In this document: positions 48,261 through 57,752 of the stretch, one piece after another | Numbering within the stretch: position 1 is the stretch's first letter | Layout of the letters: each line of letters opens with the position of its first letter | Source of the DNA: an uncultured Actinomycetes bacterium | Lineage (GTDB): Bacteria; Actinomycetota; Thermoleophilia; Gaiellales; JAICJC01 | Direction: 5' to 3' | Assembly (NCBI GenBank): GCA_963760755.1 | Contig: CAVXEE010000004.1 | Span: 141,555-205,554 of the forward strand | Length of the DNA: 64,000 bases | Program-made: the position numbers and the translations under genes | The notes under the pieces: generated by a model | Databases searched by the model: none | The model's input: the letters and a program-made list of their open reading frames with translations, nothing else | What the model was told of the DNA's origin: nothing

Positions 48261-49631
48261 TCACTCGGCCTCGAGGGGGGCCGGAGACCGACGCGTCCAC
48301 GCCCGCAGGCGGCCGCGGGTGCGCTCGAGGTAGCGCATGTCGCTCTGGAGCGCGATGTCGCGGTAGAGCAGGGCCGCGAACGTCATGATCAGCGGCATGC
48401 GCTCGGTCAGCTCGTAGTACGGCGCCTGCAGGCACGCGACCAGGAGCGCGACCTGGACCCAGAAGAGCGCCGGTGAGCTGCGCGAGCGCTGCTTGGCGGT
48501 GCGCACGACGGTGTAGGCCATGAAGCCGCCGAAGAGGAAGAGCGCCGGCACGCCGTGCGAGTAGAGCAGCAGGAAGATCTCGCTCTCGGTGCCGACCGAC
48601 TTGTTCGTGTGCGTGATCCCGACCGCCTGCTGGGGGGCGCCGTAGCCGAGCAGCGGGCTCGAGATGATCTGCGACTGCGCCGCCTGGTCGCGCGCGAGCC
48701 GGCTCGTGTCGCCGGTCTTGTGGCTGAAGCGCGCGGTCACGAGGCCGCCGAGCGGCGTGACGGCGACCAGCGCCCCGACCACCAGCACCGCCGAGACGAC
48801 GCGCATGACGCGGCGCATGTCGCGCAGCGCACCGAACCGCACCGCTGCATACGCCAGGCCGGCGCCGAGGCTGAGCCACAGGCCGCGGTCGAGCGAGAAG
48901 ACGATCGGCACGAGCGAGGCGGCGAGCGTGATCTTGAGCACGCGCGCCCACACCCGGCCGGGGTTGGCCGCCAGCGCCGCCAGGGCGAGCGGCGTCAGCA
49001 TCGCGCACGTCGAGCCCCAGGCGTTCGTGTAGGCGAAGAACGTCTGCGGGCGGCCTTCGGCAAACCCGAGGAAGTGCTGCAGCTCGGCCACCTGCAGGTG
49101 GACGTGCGCGTAGAAGTAGGTGTTGTTGAGGAGCGAGTGGGGGAAGACCGACTCGGCCGGGCTCGCGAAGGCGATGGTGGGGAAGAGCACCCCGATCCAG
49201 CCGCCGATGATCACGAGCACCCAGTAGCCCGCGAGCGCGTTGATGACCGAGCGCGTCGGCAGGCGCTCGCGCGACGTGTTGTAGATCCACAGGAAGAGGA
49301 CGGTGGCCGACAGGTAGAACGAGAGCCGCCACGACCACGCGATCGCGCGGGTCGGGCTCGCGAGCTCGACGCCCGATGCGACCATCCAGGCCAGGAAGAC
49401 GAGCCAGATGCCGAAGCGGCGCGGGACGCGCAGCTCGCCCCGGCGGAACAGCGGATACACCAGCGGCAGCGTGATCAGCGGCCACATGAAGAACGACAGC
49501 CCGAGCAGCCACCACACCGGCAGGCCGAGGAAGATGGCGTATGGCTGCCAGCTCTGGGGGAAGTGCGCCCAGCCCGGCCGGTCGCTCGCGAGCGAGCGGA
49601 TGCGCCGCGGCCCGATCGTGGTGGTCGTCAT
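48261..49631 (-). CDS. O-antigen ligase/polymerase (Wzy_C)-like polytopic membrane protein
   Basis: ORF 48261..49631. About 10-12 hydrophobic helices. Contains SLDRGLWLSLGAGLAYAAV, similar to the Wzy_C loop region. Confidence 0.6.
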   Translation of the reverse strand: MTTTTIGPRRIRSLASDRPGWAHFPQSWQPYAIFLGLPVWWLLGLSFFMWPLITLPLVYPLFRRGELRVPRRFGIWLVFLAWMVASGVELASPTRAIAWSWRLSFYLSATVLFLWIYNTSRERLPTRSVINALAGYWVLVIIGGWIGVLFPTIAFASPAESVFPHSLLNNTYFYAHVHLQVAELQHFLGFAEGRPQTFFAYTNAWGSTCAMLTPLALAALAANPGRVWARVLKITLAASLVPIVFSLDRGLWLSLGAGLAYAAVRFGALRDMRRVMRVVSAVLVVGALVAVTPLGGLVTARFSHKTGDTSRLARDQAAQSQIISSPLLGYGAPQQAVGITHTNKSVGTESEIFLLLYSHGVPALFLFGGFMAYTVVRTAKQRSRSSPALFWVQVALLVACLQAPYYELTERMPLIMTFAALLYRDIALQSDMRYLERTRGRLRAWTRRSPAPLEAE

Positions 49632-49647
49632 CGCCGCCCGCGACCCG

Positions 49648-49773
49648 TCAAGGGTCGAACCGCTCCTCGGCCCGGTTGTCGTGCCGCGCCAGCAGGATCC
49701 CCATGATCACGCCGGTGATGATGACGCTCGCTGCGGGGAGCAGCGAGGTCAGTGATTGGAGTGACGTGCTCAT
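49648..49773 (-). CDS. 41-aa single-TM micro-protein (not on ORF track)
   Basis: My translation is MSTSLQSLTSLLPAASVIITGVIMGILLARHDNRAEERFDP*. ATG at 49771-49773 follows GGGAGAG. The stop lies 16 nt before the Wzy-like start. Confidence 0.4.
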   Translation of the reverse strand: MSTSLQSLTSLLPAASVIITGVIMGILLARHDNRAEERFDP

Positions 49774-49875
49774 GCTCTCCCAGGGTAGCGCCATCGGGGA
49801 GACCCGCAACCCCGCGTCGAAGAGTTCGCCAATAGGCGCCTCCTAACCTGCCGCCGCTCGGGTTTCGACGGGCGG

Positions 49876-51921
49876 GTGGAAAGGAAGGCCAGCGTGGGTC
49901 TGCATGAGGTGCTGAGGCGGGGCGCCTCGGCGTGGGCGCATGCGGCGGCCGGGCTCGCGATCTCGGTCGTCTTCGGCTGGCTGGCGCTGCGCGACGTGTC
50001 GTGGTCGGCCGTGCGGGCATCGCTTGCGGGCATCCACCCGGCCTGGCTGATCGCAGCGCTCGTGCTGCTGGCGGTGGCGGTGGGGATGCGGTCGGAGCGG
50101 TGGCGGCTGCTCTTCCCGCGTGACGACCGCCCGCCGCGGCGGGCGGTGTTCTGGTCGCTCGCGATCGGGTACCTGTTCAACAACCTCCTGCCGGCCCGCG
50201 CCGGCGAGGCGGCCCGGGTGGTCGCCCTGCGGCGCGAGGCAGGCGTGCCCGCCATGCGCGGCGCGGGGACGGTGGCGGTCGAGCGTGTCTTCGATCTGGC
50301 GTCGCTCGCCGGCCTGATGCTCGTCGCCACGCCGTTCCTCGGCCCGGGATCGGTCGTGCGGCTGACGGCGTGGACGAGCGCCGCGGTGCTCGCGGCCGCG
50401 GTGATGCTCGCCGGCGCCTGCCGCAGCGCCCGTCTGCGCGCGCGGATGGCGGCTGCGGCGGGGCGGATCCCGCTGATCGGCGGGCCGCGCGCCCGCTCGA
50501 CCGCGGCCGAGTTCGGCCAGGGGCTGGTCGGGCTGCGCGACGGGCGCATGGCGGTCGTCGTCGGCGCGTGGTCGCTCGGGTCGTGGCTCGTCCTGGCCTG
50601 CTCCTACTACACTGTGCTGCGCAGCCTGGGCATCGGCTCGCCCGGCCGTGCCGCCGTGCTCTCCCTCGTCGTGACGAACCTCGTGCAGGTGATCCCGGCG
50701 TCGGCCGCGTCGCTCGGCGTGTTCGAGGCCGCCGGGCGGGCCGCGGTCGCGGCCTACGGCGCGACCCCGGGCGCTGCGGTGTCGGCGGCCGTCGCCCTGC
50801 ACGCCGTGAACACGCTGCCGCTGGTCGCGCTGGGGGCGGTCGGCGTCGTCCGCGCGGCGCGGATGCGCCGCCGGCCGGCGGCGGCGGTGCGCGCGCCCGC
50901 CCGCGGCCGCGGCGCGATCGGCGTCTCGGTGGTGATCCCCTGCCTCGACGAGGAGGCCACCATCGGCGCGTGCGTGCGCTCGGCCTGGGACGGCATCCGC
51001 GCGGCCGACGTCGATGGCGAGGTGATCGTGGTCGACAACGGCTCGGCGGATCGCAGCGCGGAGCTGGCCGAGGCGGCCGGGGCGGTCGTCGTCCGGGAGG
51101 CCGCGCGCGGCTACGGCAGCGCGTACCTGGCCGGGATGCGGCGCGCGCGCGGCGAGTGGATCCTGATGGGCGACGGCGACGGCACGTACGACTTCGGCGA
51201 GCTGCCCCGCTTCCTGGCGGCGGGGCGCGACGCCGACATGGTGATGGGCTCGCGCCTGCTCGGCCGGATCATGCCGGGGGCGATGCCGTGGCATCACCGC
51301 TACATCGGCAACCCCGTGCTGACCGGGATGCTGAACCTGCTCTTCGGCGCGGGCGTCTCGGACGCCCACTGCGGCCTGCGGATGGTGCGGCGCGAGGCCG
51401 CCGACCGCATCGGCCTGCGCACGACGGGGATGGAGTTCGCGTCGGAGATGATCATCCAGGCCGCCCAGGCCGGGCTCGTGATCGCCGAGACCCCGATCAC
51501 CTACGGCGCCCGGCCCGAGGGCAGCCGCTCGAAGCTGCGCTCGGTGCCGGACGGCCTGCGCCACGTCCGCTTCATGCTCGCCTGCACGAGCGGCGCCCTG
51601 ATCTGGGTGCCCGCGGCCGTCCTGCTCGCGGCCGGCGCCGCGCTGCTCCTGGCATCGCCGGCCGAGCCGACCGCGGTCAGCGGCGCGGTGCTCGTCTGGA
51701 TCGGCGGGATGCTCGTGCAGGCCGGGCTGATGGTGCGCGCCTACCGGCTGCTCGCACTCGAGCGCCGTCGCCGCTCGGCGCTCGCGCCGTGGCGGCAGCC
51801 GCGCCTCGCCCTCGCCGTGGCGGTGCTCGTCGCGGTGAGCGTGACGGTCGCGGCCGAGGCTCGGGTCGACCTGCACCGGCATCCGGTCACGACCTCCCAG
51901 ACCCACCACCACCGCCTGTGA
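49876..51921 (+). CDS. fusion protein: lysyl-PG-synthase-type TM (flippase-like) domain + family 2 glycosyltransferase + C-terminal TM segments
   Basis: ORF 49876..51921. N-terminal segment LIGYLFNNLLPARAGEAARV. Central GT2 (VVIPCLDEE, VVDNGSADRS, GDGDGTYD). Confidence 0.75.
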   Translation: MERKASVGLHEVLRRGASAWAHAAAGLAISVVFGWLALRDVSWSAVRASLAGIHPAWLIAALVLLAVAVGMRSERWRLLFPRDDRPPRRAVFWSLAIGYLFNNLLPARAGEAARVVALRREAGVPAMRGAGTVAVERVFDLASLAGLMLVATPFLGPGSVVRLTAWTSAAVLAAAVMLAGACRSARLRARMAAAAGRIPLIGGPRARSTAAEFGQGLVGLRDGRMAVVVGAWSLGSWLVLACSYYTVLRSLGIGSPGRAAVLSLVVTNLVQVIPASAASLGVFEAAGRAAVAAYGATPGAAVSAAVALHAVNTLPLVALGAVGVVRAARMRRRPAAAVRAPARGRGAIGVSVVIPCLDEEATIGACVRSAWDGIRAADVDGEVIVVDNGSADRSAELAEAAGAVVVREAARGYGSAYLAGMRRARGEWILMGDGDGTYDFGELPRFLAAGRDADMVMGSRLLGRIMPGAMPWHHRYIGNPVLTGMLNLLFGAGVSDAHCGLRMVRREAADRIGLRTTGMEFASEMIIQAAQAGLVIAETPITYGARPEGSRSKLRSVPDGLRHVRFMLACTSGALIWVPAAVLLAAGAALLLASPAEPTAVSGAVLVWIGGMLVQAGLMVRAYRLLALERRRRSALAPWRQPRLALAVAVLVAVSVTVAAEARVDLHRHPVTTSQTHHHRL

Positions 51922-53363
51922 TTGCCCGGCGGGCACGCGCGGCGGCTGCGTCCGCGGTGGCACTGGTGGCGCGGCATCGTCTGTTCGCCGCGCTGCTCGT
52001 CGCGGCCGCCGCGGTCCGCGTCGTCGTCCAGGTCGCCTACCAGCCGGCGCTCTTCTTCTACGGCGACTCCTTCGCCTACCTGGCGAACGCCGCAAGGCTC
52101 CAGCCCGAGCCGATCCGGCCGGCGGGCTATCCGGCGCTCCTGCGCGGGCTGCTCGCGATCGTCGGAAACCTCGCGGTCGTCCCCGCCGTGCAGCACCTGT
52201 TCGGGCTCGCCACCGGCGTGCTCGTCTACGCGCTGGTCCGCCGCCTCGGCGTCGGAGCGGCCGGTGCGTGCGTCGCCGCCGCGCCGGTGCTGTTCGACGC
52301 CTACCAGCTCGACATCGAGCAGCACATCCTGTCGGAGGCGCTCTTCTCGCTGCTCGTCGCCGGCGGCCTGGTCGTGCTGCTGTGGCGGGCGCGGCCCTCG
52401 CCGGCCGCGTGCGCGGCCGCGGGCGGGCTGCTCGCCGCGGCGGCGCTCACGCGCTCGGTCGGGATCGCGCTGATCGTCCCGGCGCTCGCGTTTGCGGTCG
52501 TCCGCGGCGGCCTGGTGCGGTCGCTCGTGCTCGCGGCGGCGTTCGCGCTCCCACTCGTCGGCTACGCCGCGTGGTACAGCACGACCCCGCAGGGCCGGTT
52601 CGCGCTCACCGATCACGACGGGTTCTTCCTCTACGGCCGGGTGGGCGACTTCGCCAGCTGTCAGGGCCTCACGCTCAACCGCGTCGATCGCCATGTCCTG
52701 TGCGACCCCCGCCCGCCCGCCGATCGCCCGAATCCCAACTACTACGTGTGGCACCAGTGGTCGCTGCACTACTACCCCGGGTTCGCGCACGTGACGGCCA
52801 CCCGCAACCGGGTGCTCGAGTCCTTTGCGCTCGACGTGATCCGCCACCAGCCGCTCGCCTACGCGCGCACCGTGCTCGGCGACATGGAGCACTACGCCTC
52901 GTTCGGCCGCAGCACCGGCCGCCGCGACGAGGCGATCGGCGAGTGGCAGTTCCACGTCGGTGTCCCGGCGACCGCGCGCCACGTCGCCCTGGTCACGCGC
53001 GAGGCGCACCGGTGGGGCGGCTCCGTCGGCGGCCGGGTCGAGGCGCAGCGCCTGCTGCGCGCCTACCAGCGCGTGGTCTTCACGCCCGGGACGCTGCTCC
53101 TCGTCGCGCTCGTGCTCGCGCTGGCCGGGGCGGTGGCGGGAACGGGGCCGGGCCTCGTGCGCGGCGTGCGCGCCGAGATGCTCACGCTGGCCGCGGCCGG
53201 CGTGCTGCTGCCGCTGACCGCGGCGATGACGAGCATGTTCGACTACCGCTACCTGCTGCCGGCGCTGCCGCTCCTGCCCGCGGCGGGCGTGCTCGGCGCG
53301 AACGCGCTCGCCGCCCGGGCGCGCGCGCTGCGCCCGGCCCAGGCCGACCCCGTTCCGCCCTGA
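51918..53363 (+). CDS. polytopic membrane protein, GT-C (ArnT/PMT-like) glycosyltransferase candidate
   Basis: Distal part of ORF 50370..53363, from GTG 51918, which overlaps the upstream stop (GTGA). Contains FFYGDSFAYL...RPAGYPALL and many TM helices with one large loop. Confidence 0.55.
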   Translation: MIARRARAAAASAVALVARHRLFAALLVAAAAVRVVVQVAYQPALFFYGDSFAYLANAARLQPEPIRPAGYPALLRGLLAIVGNLAVVPAVQHLFGLATGVLVYALVRRLGVGAAGACVAAAPVLFDAYQLDIEQHILSEALFSLLVAGGLVVLLWRARPSPAACAAAGGLLAAAALTRSVGIALIVPALAFAVVRGGLVRSLVLAAAFALPLVGYAAWYSTTPQGRFALTDHDGFFLYGRVGDFASCQGLTLNRVDRHVLCDPRPPADRPNPNYYVWHQWSLHYYPGFAHVTATRNRVLESFALDVIRHQPLAYARTVLGDMEHYASFGRSTGRRDEAIGEWQFHVGVPATARHVALVTREAHRWGGSVGGRVEAQRLLRAYQRVVFTPGTLLLVALVLALAGAVAGTGPGLVRGVRAEMLTLAAAGVLLPLTAAMTSMFDYRYLLPALPLLPAAGVLGANALAARARALRPAQADPVPP

Positions 53364-53369
53364 GGGGCC

Positions 53370-54975
53370 TCACCAGGGGACGATCACGGTCGTGACGCTG
53401 CGCCCGGGCAGGGTGGTCGTCACGGTGCGGGTGGAGCGGTCGAAGGCGGGTGCCGGCGCCGCGATCGAGGTCGGAGCCCGCCGCCGTGGTGTAGGCCGTC
53501 GGCCGGCCGTACGCATGGCCGCCGCCCGGCGGCAGCAGGCGCACGCTGACCGAGCGTGCGCCCGCGCGGTCGTTGATCAGGACGAAGCGCCAGGTGTTGC
53601 GCAGGAACGCGAGCACGTGCACGCCCGGCGGCACGCCGGCGACCCGGTAGTGCACCGCCCCGGGGCGGATGTAGCGGCTGAAGTTCGCGAGCACCCAGTA
53701 GCGGCGCGTGAAGTAGATCGTCTGGTTGCCGTCGGAGCGGAAGTCGGGGTCGTAGTAGAGCAGGCCGTCGTTCCAGCCGCTCGAGTTCGCGGCCGCCGGG
53801 CAGCCCGGGTCGCTCGCCGGGGTGCAGCCGAGCTCGGGCGAGAGCGCCGTCCACCAGCTGAAGCTGCTCGCCCCGCCCGCGGAGAGGTTGCGCCAGATCG
53901 TGTCCGCGAGCCATATCCCGTCGGCCATGCCGGGGTCGTAGCCACGGGCGAACCCGGCGCCCGCAGAGCAGCACACCTCGGTCATCTCCAGGTGCGCGCC
54001 CGTGCGCGCCCGCACCATGGCGGCGACCGTGCGCAGCGTGGCCGCCGTCGGGTAGTCGTAGCCGTGGAACGCGACCGTGCCGACGTTGCGGTCGATCCAG
54101 GCGTCGATGCCGGCCCGAAGCGCGGTCGAGGTGGTCGACTCGTCGGCGCTCACCGCCGTCCCCGGCGCCCGCGCGGCGAGCGATCGCGCCAGCGAGCGGA
54201 TCACGGCCGCCCGCAGCGTCGGCGACACGTGCATGCCCTCCTGGTTGCAGGCCGAGAATGTGTTGGTGGGCTCGTTCATCGGGCTCACGGCGGCGAGCCG
54301 GACGCCGAGCGCCGAGCGCAGGTGCGCGGCCACGGCCGCCAGGTAGTTCGCGTAGCTCGTGACCGCGGCGGGCCGCAGGCTGCCGCCGCAGTCGGCGTGG
54401 TTCGTCGTGAACGACGGCGGCGCGCTGTTGGAGAAGGCGACCAGGCGGCGGACGCCGTAGCGGCGGGCCTGGGCCAGGAACGCTTCACCGCCCGGATCGA
54501 CGCCCCAGTCGTAGCGTCCGGACGCCTGGAGGAACGAGCGCGGCGCTCGCGCCCCGGCCTGCACACCGACCCCGCCGCCGCCGATGTTGTAGCGGTAGAT
54601 CGAGAGCCCGAGCCCGGTGGTGCGGTCGAACAGCAGCCGGGCGATCTGGCCGCGCGTCGCGGGCGAGAAGCCGACGGCATCGTTCGGCCACCATGCGCCC
54701 GACGCGCCGAAGCCCGTGATCGTCTGGGCCGGGACGGGCCGCACCCGCGCGGCCGCCACCGCGGGCGCGTCGGCGGCGGCCGGCGCCGCCAGGCCCGCGG
54801 TGGCAAGGACGGCGGACGTGGCTGCCGCTGCGATCGGGAGCCGGAAGCGTGCCGGGGCGGTTCTGCTGGGTGAGAGACGCAGGATGAAGAGATCGTCGCC
54901 GGGGGAACCGTCCGCCGAAATGGTACCGGCCGTTTCCCCTGCCGGCCATCCCGGCGGCGGGTAGACTGGACGCAT
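53370..54975 (-). pseudogene. secreted glycoside hydrolase family 30, one frameshift near the 3' end
   Basis: ORF 53182..55008 carries QTITGFGASGAWW, SPMNEPT and HLEMTEV. After ...DRGAGT the plausible C-terminus FDRSTRTVTTTLPGRSVTTVIVPW* lies in another frame and ends at TGA 53370-53372. The junction is at about 53444-53452. The start is uncertain. Confidence 0.7.
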
Positions 54976-55333
54976 GGCGAACCGCAAGCAGCAGAAGCGC
55001 AAGTACATGCGGGCCGTCGGGCGCGGGCGCGTCCCCGCCGACTACGAGCCGCGCGAGCCGGCGAGCACCAAGCGCAGCAGCGCGAGCGCGCCGTCACGGC
55101 GGGCGCGCGGCGAGCCGCAGCAGCCGTCGGCCGCCCGTGCGGCCAAGCGGGCGGCCGTGTTCGCGGTGCTCTTCTATCTGCTCATCACCTACACCTCGCT
55201 CGGGGGCAGCATGAGCCCGGGTGTGAAGCTCTTCAACGGCATCGTGATGTTCGTCCTCTTCTGGTCGATCGGGACCATCACCGAGACGTTCGCCTGGCGG
55301 CGCTGGCAGAAGAAGCACGGCGGATCCTCCTGA
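54974..55333 (+). CDS. hypothetical membrane protein with basic N-terminus
   Basis: ORF 54974..55333. Third codon positions are mostly G/C. Two TM helices. Confidence 0.6.
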   Translation: MANRKQQKRKYMRAVGRGRVPADYEPREPASTKRSSASAPSRRARGEPQQPSAARAAKRAAVFAVLFYLLITYTSLGGSMSPGVKLFNGIVMFVLFWSIGTITETFAWRRWQKKHGGSS

Positions 55334-55464
55334 GATCGCGCTAGACGCGCCGGGCGGGGTCGCCGTCGGGCTAAGCCGCCTCCGCACCACGTAGCTCTGA
55401 CGCAGCGCTGCTCAGTGTGGGCGGCCGTCTCGACGCGAACACGGGACACAGGTACGCTCGGCCT

Positions 55465-55811
55465 GTGTTGCCGGTGCATCAGTGGGGCTGGTCTCGGCGG
55501 ACGTCATCATGGCTCGTTGCCTGGTGGGTCGCCTCGGTCATCGTCCTCGATCTTGCGATCACCCCTCTTTCCTGCCGGTGGACGTCCAGTTCCGGTGGCT
55601 CTCATGGCAGGGTATTGAGACCCTCGCCATCCTCGGCGCCTCCTGGTTGGTACCCGGCTTCGTCCTCGGCGGATGGAAGGCGATGCTGGTCGCTTGCGGC
55701 TGGTCATCGGTGCGGACGGCGACGGACAAGGTGTTCATCGCCCTTTTCGCGTTTTGGGCGATCGGCTGGCCGCTTTCCGTGGTCGTCGCCTATCGCCTGA
55801 ACGCGCTCTAG
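55465..55811 (+). pseudogene. small polytopic membrane protein, probable 1-nt deletion
   Basis: Coding-like G/C third positions switch from the frame of ORF 55417..55800 (..SWLVAWWVASVIVLDLAITPL) to that of ORF 55482..55811 (FLPVDVQFRWLSWQG...). The switch is at the T-run 55567-55570. The start is uncertain. Confidence 0.4.
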
Positions 55812-55868
55812 CGCCGGGCGCGCATCGCCTCCGGCCGGCCCATCGGCCACCACGGTGGCGCGGAGCGA

Positions 55869-56495
55869 ATGCCTAGACTGCGCGCTGCCATGCTCGACAT
55901 CGTGCAGCTGCCGCTCGGCGCCTACCAGACGAACTGCTACCTGGTGACCCGCGAGGGCGCCTCGGACGCCGTGGTCGTCGACCCGGGCGACGCGCCGCAG
56001 ACCGTCCTTGCGGCCCTCGCCGAACGTGGCTGGACCGCCGCCGCGGTGCTCGTGACGCACGGCCACTTCGACCATCTCGGCGCCGTCAAGGGTGTCGCCG
56101 AGGCGGCCGGGGTGGAGGTGTGGGTGCCGCGCGACGAGGCCGACGAGCTGCGCACGCTCGCGGCCGCGCCGTACGAGCCCGACCACCTGCTCGACGGCGG
56201 CGAGACGGTGGCGGTCGCCGGCATCGAGTTCGACACCATGTCCGTGCCCGGGCACTCGTCCGCGTCGATCGCCTACCACGCCGACGGGCATCTGTTCTCG
56301 GGCGACGTGCTGTTCTCGGGATCGGTCGGGCGCACCGACTTCGCCGGCGGCGACATGGCCACGCTGGTCGCGAGCATCGGCCGGCTGATGGCCGCCTACC
56401 CGCCCGAGACGGTGGTGCTGCCCGGGCACGGCCCGGCGACGACGCTCGGCCGCGAGCGCGCGCAGAACCCGTTTCTGGGAGCGCTGCGGACATGA
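55869..56495 (+). CDS. MBL-fold metallo-hydrolase (GloB-like)
   Basis: ORF 55869..56495. Motifs: QTNCYLV, THGHFDHLG. An alternative ATG lies at 55890. Confidence 0.8.
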   Translation: MPRLRAAMLDIVQLPLGAYQTNCYLVTREGASDAVVVDPGDAPQTVLAALAERGWTAAAVLVTHGHFDHLGAVKGVAEAAGVEVWVPRDEADELRTLAAAPYEPDHLLDGGETVAVAGIEFDTMSVPGHSSASIAYHADGHLFSGDVLFSGSVGRTDFAGGDMATLVASIGRLMAAYPPETVVLPGHGPATTLGRERAQNPFLGALRT

Positions 56496-57752
56496 GCCAG
56501 GAGTTCCAGTCCCCGCGCGGCACGCTCGACTGGGTCGGGCCGCGGGCGGCGCTGCGGCGATCCGTGCTCGACGAGGCGCGGCGCGTGTTCGAGACCGCGG
56601 GCTACGGCCAGGCGGTCACGCCGACGTTCGAGGACACCGGCGTCTACCAGCGCACCTCGGGTGAGGGCTCCGACGTCGTGCGCAAGGAGATGTACAGCTT
56701 CCGCGACCGCAGCGACCGCGAGCTGACGCTGCGCCCCGAGGGCACCGCGGGCGTCATGCGCGCCTACCTCGAGCACGGCCTCAGCCACACCCCGCAGCCG
56801 GTCAAGGTCTGGTACGAGCTGCCCATGTTCCGCTACAACCGGGTGCAGAAGGGGCGCTACCGCGAGCACTACCAGTTCGGCGCGGAGGCGATCGGGAGCG
56901 AGGATCCGGCGCTCGACGCCGAGCTCATCGCGCTCCAGGCCCGCTGGTACCGTAACGTCGACGTGACGGGCCTTTCGCTGCTCCTGAACTCGATCGGCGA
57001 CGAGACCTGCCGGCCGGCCTACCTCGAGCTCCTGACCGCGTTCCTCGACGCGCACCTGGACGAGCTCGACGACGAGTGCCGCGAGCGGCGGCGGTCGAAC
57101 CCGCTGCGCGTGTTCGACTGCAAGAACGCCGCCTGCCAGGCGGTGCTCGTGGATGCGCCCAAGATCACCGACCACCTGTGCGACGCATGTGGCGCGCACT
57201 TCGCGGCCGTGCGGGCCGAGCTCGACGCCCGCGGCATCGGCTATGCCGTCTCGCCGGGGCTCGTGCGTGGCCTGGACTACTACACGCGCACGGCGTGGGA
57301 GTGGGTGTGGCCGGCGCTCGGCGCGCAGGCGACCCTCTCCGGCGGCGGCCGCTACGACGGCCTGGCCGAGCAGCTCGGCGGCCCGCACACACCCGGAGTC
57401 GGCTTCGGCGCCGGCGTCGAGCGGCTCGTGCTGACGCTCGAGGAGACCGGCGCGGCCGAGGCGCGCGAGCCCGCGCTCGACGTCATGTTCGCCGTGCTCG
57501 CCGATGCCGCCCGGCCGCGGCTGCACGCCCTGATGGACGTCCTGCGTGAGGCCGGCGTGCGCAGCGACGCCGCGCATGGTGGCCGGCGGCTGAAGCGGGT
57601 GCTCGAGCTGGCGGCGCGCCGGGAGGCCGCGCACCGTCGTCATCGTCGGCGAGGACGAGTGGGCGGCGGGCGAGGCCGGCGTGCGCGATATGGCCTCCGG
57701 CGAGCAGCGGCGCGTGCGTCTGGACGACCTCGTCGCGGAGCTCTCGCCATGA
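56492..57752 (+). pseudogene. hisS: histidine--tRNA ligase, frameshift in the last ~40 codons (probably an assembly error)
   Basis: Part of ORF 56120..59530, from ATG 56492 (ATGA overlap with the MBL gene). Motifs: RPEGTAGVMRAY, FRYNRVQKGRYREHYQFG. After ...REAAH the expected anticodon-domain end VVIVGEDEWAAGEAGVRDMASGEQRRVRLDDLVAELSP* is in the +1 frame and ends at TGA 57750-57752. The junction is at about 57630-57640. Confidence 0.85.
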
